From the IMG/VR virus record IMGVR_UViG_3300036790_000419, positions 1 through 64,000 of that record: 64,000 nucleotides of DNA. One strand, 5' to 3'. The notes under the pieces are model-generated. The model saw only the letters and a program-made list of their open reading frames with translations, was not told the DNA's origin and did not search any database. A program made the translations under genes and the position numbers. Shown piece after piece: positions 53,646-62,899 of the stretch (within the stretch, counting starts at the first letter, position 1; each line of letters opens with the position of its first letter). This DNA comes from a virus.

Positions 53646-53897
53646 GTGAGGGTCTCGGTGCTGGCCCGGCAGCCGGTGCCGCACCGGGTCACCCTCGCCC
53701 TCGCCTTCGAGTGCGTTATCCCGTCATCCCGCTACGACGACGTGACGTACAACGTGTGCCTGCTGGCTGACGGCACCTGGGCGTGCGAGTGCTCAGGCTA
53801 CAACTGGGCGGCGCGGGCTGACGGGGAGTGCCGGCACATCGACACCGGAAGGGAAGAGCGCGAGCGCCGCATGACGCTCGCGTTCCTGCTTTGCTGA
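53646..53897 (+). CDS. SWIM zinc finger protein
   Basis: YNV...WACECSGY...CRHI. Confidence 0.7.
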   Translation: MRVSVLARQPVPHRVTLALAFECVIPSSRYDDVTYNVCLLADGTWACECSGYNWAARADGECRHIDTGREERERRMTLAFLLC

Positions 53898-53913
53898 GAA
53901 CGTAGGAACGACC

Positions 53914-54153
53914 ATGAGCACCTTTCCCTGGACTGAGGACCCGCCAGGCGCGCGGGAGTTCCCGGCTTACTGCCGGGGCTGCAGCATCCCGATCCGGCAG
54001 CTGAACGCCGAGAGCGAGCTGTGGGAGGACCCGGCCGGCCTGACCGTCTGCGTCAAGGCCCGCCTGGTGGACGTCGGCGGCGGCAAGCGGCCGGACTTCA
54101 TCCTCCACCAGCCGATGCCTGACGGCCTGGTCGGCGCTCCGCTGCAGCCGTGA
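53914..54153 (+). CDS. hypothetical protein
   Basis: AGGA RBS; operonic. Confidence 0.6.
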   Translation: MSTFPWTEDPPGAREFPAYCRGCSIPIRQLNAESELWEDPAGLTVCVKARLVDVGGGKRPDFILHQPMPDGLVGAPLQP

Positions 54154-54494
54154 GCGGCGAGCGCCAGAGGCAGCCGGAGGTCGCGCTCTTTGTCTACCAC
54201 CGGGCAGCCTGGCAGTGCCAGATGCCCGAGTGCCTGTGCCCGGACGGGCGGAAGATCGACCGGCGGCTGCGCGGGACCAATGACCTGTGGGAGCCCAGCA
54301 TCGACCACATCAAGCCGCTGGCGGCCGGAGGGGCGGACACGCTGAGGAACAAGCGCGCTGCTCACAGGGAGTGCAACCGGGCGGCGGCGGAGCTGCAACT
54401 GCAGGGCGCGGCCAGGGGGAGGCCTGCGCCTGAGCCGCTGACCAGCAGCATCGGCGATCTTTACCCGGACCTCGCGAAACGCCTCGGGTTGTGA
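54150..54494 (+). CDS. HNH endonuclease
   Basis: WQCQ...SIDHIKPLAAGGAD..N.RAAHRECN. Confidence 0.85.
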   Translation: MSGERQRQPEVALFVYHRAAWQCQMPECLCPDGRKIDRRLRGTNDLWEPSIDHIKPLAAGGADTLRNKRAAHRECNRAAAELQLQGAARGRPAPEPLTSSIGDLYPDLAKRLGL

Positions 54495-54760
54495 GAGAGC
54501 AGGGCCGGTGCTCAGGCTGCCAGGCGTCCGGTGGCCTGAAGAAGGTCACCCAGCACGTCATGACGTGCCCGAAGTGGGCCGCCCTGTACCGCTCGGACCC
54601 GGCCGCCGCGCTCATGCCGGCCGAAGAGCACGCGCGCTGGGCGCGCGAGGAGCGCGACGGCGAGCACCAGGCCGACCTGCAGCGCCGGGTCTCCGATACC
54701 CAGGACCGGCGGGCGGCGTCGGTCGCCCGGTTCAAGGTGAAGGACCCCCTGGAGGACTGA
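54491..54760 (+). CDS. hypothetical Zn-finger-like protein
   Basis: CSGC...H...C. Confidence 0.6.
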   Translation: MREQGRCSGCQASGGLKKVTQHVMTCPKWAALYRSDPAAALMPAEEHARWAREERDGEHQADLQRRVSDTQDRRAASVARFKVKDPLED

Positions 54761-55056
54761 TGGCGACCACGGGCGCGTGGCAGGAGCTGTTCGGCAGCGG
54801 CCGGAAGTGGCGCGTGGCCGAGGAGGTGTCCGGTGAGGTGAAGGAGGCCGGCTTCACGGTGAAGTTCGCCCGCGGCCGGTTCGAGCTGCCGGAGGGCGCG
54901 GCGTTCCGGTCCCTGCTGTCGACCAACCTCGGGCGGCGTGGCCTCATCCTGGTCGAGACGAGCCCTGACGGATCGCAGGACATCCCCCTCTCGCGGATCG
55001 CCGTCGGCGAGCACTCTGTTGCCCGGGCGCGCAAGGAGTTCAGTGCCGTGTGGTGA
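54760..55056 (+). CDS. hypothetical protein
   Basis: GGAGG RBS; TGATG coupling. Confidence 0.65.
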   Translation: MATTGAWQELFGSGRKWRVAEEVSGEVKEAGFTVKFARGRFELPEGAAFRSLLSTNLGRRGLILVETSPDGSQDIPLSRIAVGEHSVARARKEFSAVW

Positions 55057-55138
55057 TTCCCCCGGTCAACTTGACGTGAGTCAAGCAAGAGACTAGTCTC
55101 GACCTACTGGTGAGGTTGGTTTCAATGGGGAGTTCCGT

Positions 55139-56344
55139 GTGGCATCTTCTCGTTCGGCTGTCTGCACTGCACCCGCAGACTACGCAGAACTGTTCCTGGA
55201 GTACGGGGACGACATCCGGCGGGTGGTGTGGCGGCAGCTAGGTTCTGTCGCTCAGCCCGCTGACGTCGATGATGGCGTGCAGTACATCGTTCAGCAGCTC
55301 ATGCCGAACGAGAAGCGCCCGGGGGTGGTTGAGCAGTACCGGCCGGATCATGTCAGCGAGTACAACCACCGGCCGGTCACCTTCAAGGCGTTTCTGCTCG
55401 CCAAGGTCGCGCTCTACTGCCGCGGCATCGGTGAGGCCCTCGGCAGGCGTGCCGGGCGCGAGCTGCCCCTGGTCGACACCCGCGTCGGGGACGACGGCGC
55501 GACGCCGTGGCTCGACCTGCTGGGCGGCGTGACCGATGAGTACCCGTCGCTGACTGATAGCGAGGCGATGGAGCGGCTGCGCGCCGCGCTGGTCTCCTGC
55601 CCCCCCGTGTCCGGCCGCGAGCCCGTGCTGCCGTTGTTCGATGCCCTCTCGGAGCAGTTCGCCTCCGGGAGGACTGTCTCGGCTGCCGCGGTGCGCCGGA
55701 AGTTCGGCAAGACCCCCGAGCAGGCTGAGGCCTGGCTCGGTGAATTGCGCGACGCGCTGCGCGAGGTCGCCGCCACGGCCCTGAGCCCTGCTGCGGCTGA
55801 GCCCGTCACCGTGGTGCCTGAGCCGGCGGCCGTGCCCTCGGAGGCTGACGCGTGGCTCGCCGGGCTCAGCGGGGCCGCCTCCGGCGAGGTCACGTTCGCA
55901 CTCGGCGGCATGCGGCTGACTGCCGCCGAGGTGCGCGATGCCGTCGCCGCGCTCAGGGCGGCCGGCGGCAACCGGGTGATGCCCGCGTTCAAGGACGCCG
56001 GCCACCGGCTCGCCGGCGCGGGCAAGACCTGGTACCTGGAGTTCGCCGATGAGGTGATGGAGGCCTACCCGGAGCTGCGCACGCCGGTGCGCCGTCATGC
56101 CGAGGGTCACTTCGGCCGCGTCAAGCAGGCACTCATTTTCGGCCTGGAGCGCTTCCTGGACGCCGTTCCCGTGGACGCCGTTCCCGTGGATGAGTCTGTG
56201 CGCGAGGCTGTGCCCGAGGTTACCGCGATGCCCAGCGACGCTCTGTGGGCGGACCTGGAGTCCGTCCTGGCCCGGTTCCCGGGGCTCGGTGCCGACGAGG
56301 TGGGCGCCGTCCTGGAGACGGCCCGGCTGCTGGGGGCGGCATGA
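55139..56344 (+). CDS. divergent sigma-factor-like protein
   Basis: N-terminus resembles sigma70 region 2 (YAELFLEY..IRRVV...DVDD.VQ...EQYRP...TFKAFL); after promoter 55070. Confidence 0.5.
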   Translation: MASSRSAVCTAPADYAELFLEYGDDIRRVVWRQLGSVAQPADVDDGVQYIVQQLMPNEKRPGVVEQYRPDHVSEYNHRPVTFKAFLLAKVALYCRGIGEALGRRAGRELPLVDTRVGDDGATPWLDLLGGVTDEYPSLTDSEAMERLRAALVSCPPVSGREPVLPLFDALSEQFASGRTVSAAAVRRKFGKTPEQAEAWLGELRDALREVAATALSPAAAEPVTVVPEPAAVPSEADAWLAGLSGAASGEVTFALGGMRLTAAEVRDAVAALRAAGGNRVMPAFKDAGHRLAGAGKTWYLEFADEVMEAYPELRTPVRRHAEGHFGRVKQALIFGLERFLDAVPVDAVPVDESVREAVPEVTAMPSDALWADLESVLARFPGLGADEVGAVLETARLLGAA

Positions 56345-56531
56345 AGCTGACCCCTGAGCAGCTAGAGCGCGTTCGCCGCGTAGCCCGGCGGTGGGAGCAG
56401 TTTGTCGCGCCGTGCGAGATCTCGTACGCCGACGTCTACAACCCGTGCCTGCCGGAGGATGTGCCCGGCGAGCCCGGCCGCTTGCGGTGCGTCACTTGCG
56501 GGCTCCGCCAGCGACTGGCCCTGGAGGCGCC

Positions 56532-56966
56532 GTGAAGATCGGGCTGTACGAAGTCACCGGCGAAGAACTCGTGCTGGCCGAGGAGCAGTGGGCCTACAGT
56601 TCCACGGTCGAACGGTGCCGCCTGTGGGCCGTCAGCATGTGCCGGATGGCCCGTGGCCATGACTGGTACCTGGAGATCGACCCCGATGACGGGGTGTCGC
56701 TCTACTGCCGCAAGTGCTGGGCGGACACCAACGACCTGTACCCGGACGGGATTGACCTGCTGGGCGGCGACTTCGAGGTCTACCCGGGTTACGCGCTCAA
56801 CTTGCGGTCGGGCTCGGTTTTCGTGAACGGCGACTACCGCGAGGGCCACGTCTACGGCTGGCGGGGGCCGGTCACCGTCGAGCTGTATACGGAGAAGTAC
56901 ACCAGCATGGACTGGATCGGCTACGAGTACGACGCCTGGATTGAGGTGGAACCCCGTGACTCCTGA
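56532..56966 (+). CDS. hypothetical protein
   Basis: Coupled ORF. Confidence 0.6.
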   Translation: MKIGLYEVTGEELVLAEEQWAYSSTVERCRLWAVSMCRMARGHDWYLEIDPDDGVSLYCRKCWADTNDLYPDGIDLLGGDFEVYPGYALNLRSGSVFVNGDYREGHVYGWRGPVTVELYTEKYTSMDWIGYEYDAWIEVEPRDS

Positions 56967-57612
56967 CCAGGTTCTCGCCGAGCTGGCCGGCTCCCTTCCC
57001 CCGGCCACGCTGGTGCTCGGCCCCGGGTCGTGGCCCCTGGTCACCCTGGCGGCCGGCCCGGAGTGGCTGCTGCGGTACGACTTGTCCGCGGGCGACGCGC
57101 GCCAGGTTCGCGAGAGCGTCTGGCTACTGCCGTGCGGGAACCTGCGCGTGGTGGCGCTCTGCCTGGACAAGGCGTCGCAGCAGGTTCAGAACATGCTGCT
57201 CAAGATCCTGGAGGAGCCGCCGGCGTCTACCCGGTTCGTACTCGCCGCCGAGAGCCGCCCGCTGCCCACCGTGCTGTCCCGCTGCCGGGTGCTGGTGCTC
57301 GGCGGCGGGCCCGCCGCCGAGCCGCCGGACGCGCGGGACAAGGCCGCGGTCGCCGCCGTGCTGCGCGCTGCCCGCTCGGGGCAGGCCGCGCTGCTGGCCC
57401 GGAGTCTCCGGGACTGGCTCCCGGCGCAGGCACGGCTGCTCGGGCAGTGGGCGGCCGAGGCCGCCTCCGGGCAGTGGCGGGTGTTCGGGCCGGATACCGC
57501 GCCCGGCGTCAGCCCTGAGCAGGCGATGCGCCTGCTGGCCGAGCTGGCGCGCTACGCGGGCACCCGGCTCGGGGCGCTGGCCGCCCTGAGCGCCGTCTTC
57601 TCGCCGGGGTGA
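56956..57612 (+). CDS. DNA polymerase III delta'-like clamp-loader subunit
   Basis: QVQNMLLKILEEPP..TRFVLA...LPTVLSRC (SRC motif); Walker A degenerate. Confidence 0.8.
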   Translation: MTPDQVLAELAGSLPPATLVLGPGSWPLVTLAAGPEWLLRYDLSAGDARQVRESVWLLPCGNLRVVALCLDKASQQVQNMLLKILEEPPASTRFVLAAESRPLPTVLSRCRVLVLGGGPAAEPPDARDKAAVAAVLRAARSGQAALLARSLRDWLPAQARLLGQWAAEAASGQWRVFGPDTAPGVSPEQAMRLLAELARYAGTRLGALAALSAVFSPG

Positions 57613-57678
57613 TTAGGGGAGAGATCCTGTGCTCCCGATTGAACGTGACACTGCCCCCGTCACGTCAGGAGAGTCGCC

Positions 57679-58164
57679 GTGGTCCACCCGAACGGCCAGC
57701 CCCGCAAGGCCAACCGCAAGCAGCCTGGCGACGGCCGGGTGCCGGGCCCGCCGCCCGGCCGCCCGGTGGCGCAGGGGCAGCTTCCCCAGGCGCAGCAGGC
57801 TAGGGTTGCCCAGCCACCGGTCCCGCCGTCGCTGGAGGGCCTCTCTGCCGAGTTCGAGGCCCTCATCGCCTCAAACCAGGCCAAGTTCGCCGAACTCGCC
57901 GCGCAGGGCGCCGCGCCCGACCCGTTTTTCCTGGTGCACGCCCGGATCAACCACCTGATTGACGCCATCGCGCAGGCGACCGGCCCCAGCGGGCCGCGCT
58001 GGGCGGCGATGACCCGGCTCGGGTTCGAGAAGTACATCGCGGGCGAGCTGGAGCAGGCTGGCCCGGCCACCCGGCGCATGCAACTGGCTGAGGGAGCCCG
58101 CTACACGCCCGCGATGATCCGCGCCCTGGCTGCCCAGACGGGAACACTGCGCCATCCGCAGTAG
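57679..58164 (+). CDS. hypothetical protein
   Basis: AGGAG RBS. Confidence 0.65.
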   Translation: MVHPNGQPRKANRKQPGDGRVPGPPPGRPVAQGQLPQAQQARVAQPPVPPSLEGLSAEFEALIASNQAKFAELAAQGAAPDPFFLVHARINHLIDAIAQATGPSGPRWAAMTRLGFEKYIAGELEQAGPATRRMQLAEGARYTPAMIRALAAQTGTLRHPQ

Positions 58165-58169
58165 AGGGC

Positions 58170-59105
58170 ATGGCTAGTTACCTCCAGTGGTCGAGGAAGA
58201 AACCCCTCCGCAAGGTCACCTGGGTATGCGGCCCTGAGCCCGTGCTGGTGCGCGAGGTCGTGGCGGCGCACCGGGCGGGAGCCCCGCCTGACCAGTGCAC
58301 GGCGGTGTTCGCCGGCGAGGCTCCCGGGTACGAGGCCTGGGACCACCTGCTGGCCGACCCGCTGCCGGGCGGCCGGCGGACGGTGGTCTACGGCGCGGAG
58401 AAGCTGGAGAGCCTGGAGAACGTGGCCCTGCTGGCCGCCGAGGCCGCGGACACCACTTTTACAGTCTTCGTGTCCGGGGAGACTGATTTCGGGCGCGAGA
58501 GCGGCAAGCTGGTACCGTACCTGGCCGCACTGCAGGCCTCGAAGGCCGCGCAGCTCATCCGCTGCTGCGAGCCGAGCAGGGCTGAGGACCGGACAGCCCT
58601 GGTGGCCTCCTGGTGGCCCGGCGCGACCCTCAGCTTCGCCTACGACGTGCTCAGCCGGTGCGGGAGCCTGGAGCGCGCCTGGCTGGCGTGCGAGCAGGCC
58701 CGGATGGCCTGCCTGCCGCCGGAGCCCGCGATGGCCGCCGTCACCTGCCCGGCTGAGCCCGGCGGCGAGTTCGCCGACCTGCTCATGAGCGGGAACAAGG
58801 CCGCTGCCGTGACGGCGGCCGGGCAGGTGAGCCGGGGCGAGCTGGGAGCGGTCATCGGCCTGCTGGCGTCGCGGCTGGCGGTCGCCGAGCAGATTGGCGA
58901 GGGAGTCCGGCACGGCATGCGCCCGCGCGAGGCTGCCAGCCGCGAGCATGTCGACCGGTTCGTGGCCAGCCGGGTTATCCCGTACCTCGGCGCGTACGGG
59001 TCCGACCGCATCCGCCGCCTGCGCCGCGTGCTCGCCGGGTCTGAGGCTGCCTGGCGGTCCGGCTCGCCGACTGGCGTGGCGGAATCCCTCGTAGCACTCT
59101 GGTGA
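58170..59105 (+). CDS. DNA polymerase III delta-like clamp-loader subunit
   Basis: VTWVCGPEPVLV...PLPGGRRTVV; length and context match HolA. Confidence 0.6.
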   Translation: MASYLQWSRKKPLRKVTWVCGPEPVLVREVVAAHRAGAPPDQCTAVFAGEAPGYEAWDHLLADPLPGGRRTVVYGAEKLESLENVALLAAEAADTTFTVFVSGETDFGRESGKLVPYLAALQASKAAQLIRCCEPSRAEDRTALVASWWPGATLSFAYDVLSRCGSLERAWLACEQARMACLPPEPAMAAVTCPAEPGGEFADLLMSGNKAAAVTAAGQVSRGELGAVIGLLASRLAVAEQIGEGVRHGMRPREAASREHVDRFVASRVIPYLGAYGSDRIRRLRRVLAGSEAAWRSGSPTGVAESLVALW

Positions 59106-59289
59106 CATGGGCTGCAGCGACTGCAAGGCTGACCTGGCACGGGCTCAGCAGGACCTTGACGAGGTCACCACGGAGCGGAATCAGCTCCTGGCCATCGTGG
59201 GCGCCGCCATGAGCGTGGTGACCGCTGAGCAGCTCGCCGAGATGCGCCGCCGGATCGCCGCGCGTGACTCGGGTGGCCTGTCCGTATAG

Positions 59290-61836
59290 GTGAGCATGGA
59301 CGCTGACCTTGAGGGCCTGTCAAGCCACGAGCTGGCTGAAGTTCAGCTTGAGGCGAAGCTCAAGGGGGCCCCGAGCTACGCCCTGCTTACCGACCTGGAC
59401 GAGATCCGTGCCCGCGTGCACGCGCTCATCGCGGAGAAGAAGCCGTTCGGTTTCGACTGTGAAACAGGGTACCTGGGGGACTCGCGCGAGGGCGCGTCGC
59501 TGCACGCGGAAGAGAACCTCCTGGTGGCCTACCAGTTCACCAACAGCCTGGACTGGGCCCGGATGATCCCCCTCGGGTTCGACTCCGGGCCGAACGTCGA
59601 CAACAAGGCGGCGGCGGCCCTGCTGTGGGAGATGCACCACGCGACTGACGACGAGGGCCGCCCTCTCGGGGTGGCGCACGGCGCTATCGCCGAGCTGCGG
59701 TGGATGGCCCGGTGGTTCCTGCGCCACTTGTGGGACCACCCGCTGTTCGGCCGCCAGGTCCGCGAGGCGCACGGCTACTACCCGGTCAGGTCGTGCACGC
59801 TGCTGGAGAGCTTCGCTGAGGGGGTCAACCAGTTCCACGGCCTCAAGGCGTCCACGTTCGACAACTACGGGCACCGGATGCGCGAGCTGACTGACGGGTC
59901 GGACAGCCTGCTGGGCCGGCTGCTGGGCCGGGTGCCGACCAAGAAGGAGAAGAAGTCGGTCCGGTTCAACGTCTTCGACCCCAGTGACCCGGAGGTCACC
60001 GCCTACGCGTGCGAGGACGCGGTGTGGTGCCTGCGCCACCACGCTGACCGCTGGCCGAAGGTGCGGGACACGTTCATCTACAAGGTCGAGATGAACGTGC
60101 TGCCCGTTGTCTGCGCGATGACAGATGCCGGGCTCGCCTACGACTGGAACCTGATGCGGGCCAAGGCGGCGGAGGCCAGTGACTTCTGCGCCCGGCTGCT
60201 CGCGGAGGTCATCGAGGACTTCGAGGAGCTGGCCGGGGAGAAGCTGCCCCCGGACTTCAACTTCAACAGCAACGCGCAGTTCGCGGACCTGCTCTACGGC
60301 AAGTGCGGCATGCCGGTGCTGCACAAGACTCCCGGCGGCAAGCCCAGCGTGGACGCCAAGAACGCGCTGCCCGGCCTGGCCGGGAAGTACCCGCAGGTCA
60401 AGAAGTACATGGGCTGGAAGAAGCTCACCGACCTGCAGGTCAAGTTCCTGAACAGCTACGAGACGGCCTTCTGCTGGGCGGCCGACGGGCGCGCGCACCC
60501 GACCCTCAACCAGCACGGCACCATCGGCGGCCGGTTCGCCTGCGAGGACCCAAATTATCAGCAATCGCCCAAGAAGTACCATTACGAGCTGCGCGACGGC
60601 ACGGTGTTCGACTTCAACTTCCGCGACGTCATCATCGCGGCCCGGCCCGGAGGCCGTCCCTGGTGGGAGTGGGTACTGCTGGACGCGGGATGCACGGACC
60701 TGCCGGAGCCTGACGGGCACGGGTACTACGTGCTCGGGTTCGACTACAGCCAGATCGAGCTGCGGGTCATGGCCGGCGAGGCTGGCGAGACCGCGCTGCT
60801 GGAGGCGTTCGCCCGCGGCGAGGACGTGCACAGCCGCACCGCCGCGCTGATGCTCGGCATCCCGTTCGAGCAGGTGACCGAGGATGCGAGAGCTGTCGGG
60901 AAGACGAGGAACTTCGCGTCGATCTACGGCCAGGGCATCAGGGCGCTCGCGGACCAGCTCGGCATCAGCGAGGACGAGGCCCGGGAGAAAGACCTGCAGT
61001 ACAAGACCGCGCACCCGCACATGGGCCCGTACCGGAACAAGATCATCGCCCGCGCCCGCCGCGACGGGTACATCACCACCAAATTCGGCCGCCGGATCAC
61101 TCTTCACCGGATCAGGGACGAGAACCCCAGGGTCCGGGCGGCCGAGGAGATGACCGCTGGCAACGCGGTCATCCAGGGCCCGGCTACCGGCGAGTACGTC
61201 AAGGTGGCCATGGTGCGCGCGGTGCGCGCCCTGGAGAAGGCCGGGCTGTCCGGCCGGGTGCGACTGGTCATGAACATCCACGACGCCCTGGAGTTCGAGG
61301 TGCGCAAGGACGTGCCCCCGATCGAGGTCATGAGCGTGCTGCAGCCCGCGGTCGTCTACCCGGTCACCGGCCCGGGTGAGCCGTGGCCGGAGATGGTCGC
61401 CGAGTGGCACCTGGGCGGGTCCTGGGGCTCGGTGAAGGACATCCACACCGAAGACGGCCGGATCGTGCTCGGCAAGAAGGACAAGTGCGAGCGCTGCCGC
61501 CCGGCCTCCGCGCCGGAGCCTGTTCCCGTAGTCGCCGGGCGGCCGGAGCCCCCGGTTCCCGCCCCTGAGCCTGGCCTGCCCCGCAACGTCATCGTGGTGG
61601 CCCGTGAGACACCGTCGCGCGAGCAGGTGACGCGGCTGGCCGGCTTCCTGCGGAAGCTGCCCGGCCGGAACCTGGTGGAGCTGCACCTGCCTGACGGGAA
61701 CATCCCGGTTAAGTTCCCCTGCGGCCTGTCGCCGGCGCACGAGTCGCACGTGGCGGTCATCCTCGGCGGCGCTGCGGTGCACTACGCGGCGGACTCCGTG
61801 GACGATCGCGCGCTTACCGCCGGCCTCGGGTTGTAG
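59290..61836 (+). CDS. family A DNA polymerase (3'-5' exonuclease + polymerase) with an extra C-terminal domain
   Basis: FGFDCETG, YACEDA, motif A FDYSQIELR, motif B RAVGKTRNFASIYG, motif C NIHDAL. Confidence 0.95.
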   Translation: MSMDADLEGLSSHELAEVQLEAKLKGAPSYALLTDLDEIRARVHALIAEKKPFGFDCETGYLGDSREGASLHAEENLLVAYQFTNSLDWARMIPLGFDSGPNVDNKAAAALLWEMHHATDDEGRPLGVAHGAIAELRWMARWFLRHLWDHPLFGRQVREAHGYYPVRSCTLLESFAEGVNQFHGLKASTFDNYGHRMRELTDGSDSLLGRLLGRVPTKKEKKSVRFNVFDPSDPEVTAYACEDAVWCLRHHADRWPKVRDTFIYKVEMNVLPVVCAMTDAGLAYDWNLMRAKAAEASDFCARLLAEVIEDFEELAGEKLPPDFNFNSNAQFADLLYGKCGMPVLHKTPGGKPSVDAKNALPGLAGKYPQVKKYMGWKKLTDLQVKFLNSYETAFCWAADGRAHPTLNQHGTIGGRFACEDPNYQQSPKKYHYELRDGTVFDFNFRDVIIAARPGGRPWWEWVLLDAGCTDLPEPDGHGYYVLGFDYSQIELRVMAGEAGETALLEAFARGEDVHSRTAALMLGIPFEQVTEDARAVGKTRNFASIYGQGIRALADQLGISEDEAREKDLQYKTAHPHMGPYRNKIIARARRDGYITTKFGRRITLHRIRDENPRVRAAEEMTAGNAVIQGPATGEYVKVAMVRAVRALEKAGLSGRVRLVMNIHDALEFEVRKDVPPIEVMSVLQPAVVYPVTGPGEPWPEMVAEWHLGGSWGSVKDIHTEDGRIVLGKKDKCERCRPASAPEPVPVVAGRPEPPVPAPEPGLPRNVIVVARETPSREQVTRLAGFLRKLPGRNLVELHLPDGNIPVKFPCGLSPAHESHVAVILGGAAVHYAADSVDDRALTAGLGL

Positions 61837-61844
61837 TAGTCCCT

Positions 61845-62150
61845 ATGGAGATAAAGCGAGGATGGGCCACCGACTGGGGCAAGGTCCGGTTCGACGTGCT
61901 GGTGGAGGAAGTCGACCTGCTGCGCATGCTGGCCGCGCGCGGCGACGAGGGCCCGGAGGCGACGCGCCTGTGCATGACCACCGGGGACGTCATGCAAATC
62001 ATGGACGCCGAGGCGCAGGCGTTCGTGCACCTTTCCCTGGCCAAGCAGGAGCCTGCCCAGCGCGAGCAGCACATGACGAAGATCGCCGAGTACCGCGCTG
62101 AGCGTGACCGCCTGCTGGACAAGTACGCGCCGAGGAAGTCGCCCGCGTGA
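61845..62150 (+). CDS. hypothetical protein
   Basis: Operonic ORF. Confidence 0.65.
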   Translation: MEIKRGWATDWGKVRFDVLVEEVDLLRMLAARGDEGPEATRLCMTTGDVMQIMDAEAQAFVHLSLAKQEPAQREQHMTKIAEYRAERDRLLDKYAPRKSPA

Positions 62151-62650
62151 GCGACGCCCCGGCGGATGGGCCGGCGCACCGCAAGCAGTGCGCGGACCTG
62201 CTGAACGAGCTGGCCGGGCTGCGCGCCTTCCCCGTGCCGTCGCACGACGCGACCCCGGACACGGTGCACGAGGCGCTGCGCGAGCTGCGCGGCCGGCTGG
62301 ACCGGGCCGAGGTCATCCTGACCGAGGTCGTCAGCCTCCGTCACCGGGCGCGGCGCGAGTACCGGAGGCTGGCCTTCGACCTGGACGAGGCCTATGACGC
62401 GGCGCTGGGGCCGCAGTCGACGACGGCAATTCGCCGGGAGTTCGAGAGCATCAAGGACCGGGAGGTTACGGCCCGGGTCAAGACCTCCGCCACGCGCCGC
62501 GACGCCAAGCGGGCCGACCGCGAGGCGGACGTCTTCGAGCAGGCTGAGGATGCCGCGAAGCGGATGTTCTTCGGCATGCGCGACATCCGCGCCGAGCTGC
62601 TCACCACGCTGGACAAGTACCTGCCTTGGCGCGCGTCCATGGAATTCTGA
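62147..62650 (+). CDS. coiled-coil hypothetical protein
   Basis: GTGA coupling. Confidence 0.65.
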   Translation: MSDAPADGPAHRKQCADLLNELAGLRAFPVPSHDATPDTVHEALRELRGRLDRAEVILTEVVSLRHRARREYRRLAFDLDEAYDAALGPQSTTAIRREFESIKDREVTARVKTSATRRDAKRADREADVFEQAEDAAKRMFFGMRDIRAELLTTLDKYLPWRASMEF

Positions 62651-62673
62651 CAGGCAGCGCCGATCGTGGCGGC

Positions 62674-62835
62674 ATGAAGGCGACAGAGGCGATCGAGGAA
62701 ATCGAGCGCGCCGTGCATGAGTTCGGGGACTACGAGCTGCAGATTCCCGACCCGGTTGAGCGCTGGTGGTACCCGGTGGACCGGATTGAGGTCGTACCCG
62801 AGGTGCAGGCAATCAGGGTTGTCTCTGATCACTGA
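62674..62835 (+). CDS. hypothetical protein
   Basis: Short ORF with protein-like composition. Confidence 0.5.
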   Translation: MKATEAIEEIERAVHEFGDYELQIPDPVERWWYPVDRIEVVPEVQAIRVVSDH

Positions 62836-62899
62836 GGCTCGTCGGCGGCCGGGCGTATTAACAGCCAAGAGCGTAACCAGCCGACAGGAGACACCGCAG

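Larger units (their letters stand above)
15..55085 (+). repeat. Dispersed 16-bp palindrome CTTGAC-N4-GTCAAG (operator / -35 element), about 41 copies
   Basis: Copies (some with 1-3 mismatches) start at 15, 38, 2494, 3499, 3586, 5214, 7667, 10254, 11871, 12436, 14689, 15145, 15795, 16357, 16686, 17222, 18963, 20473, 20945, 21268, 21991, 22467, 23778, 25287, 26572, 27906, 29095, 29393, 29648, 30212, 30713, 31639, 32201, 32726, 35266, 37423, 39320, 39344, 46879, 52924, 55070. Almost all lie at gene boundaries. Confidence 0.95.

Noticed and set aside
15-55085. Dispersed palindromes as a CRISPR array or integron attC sites
   Set aside because: They are 16 bp, irregularly spaced by whole genes and tied to -10 elements; no cas or integron integrase gene is present.
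59320-61782. Long minus-strand ORFs (also 50908-52488, 17450-18907, 10494-11885, 27336-28565)
   Set aside because: Antisense shadows of well-supported + strand genes in high-GC DNA.
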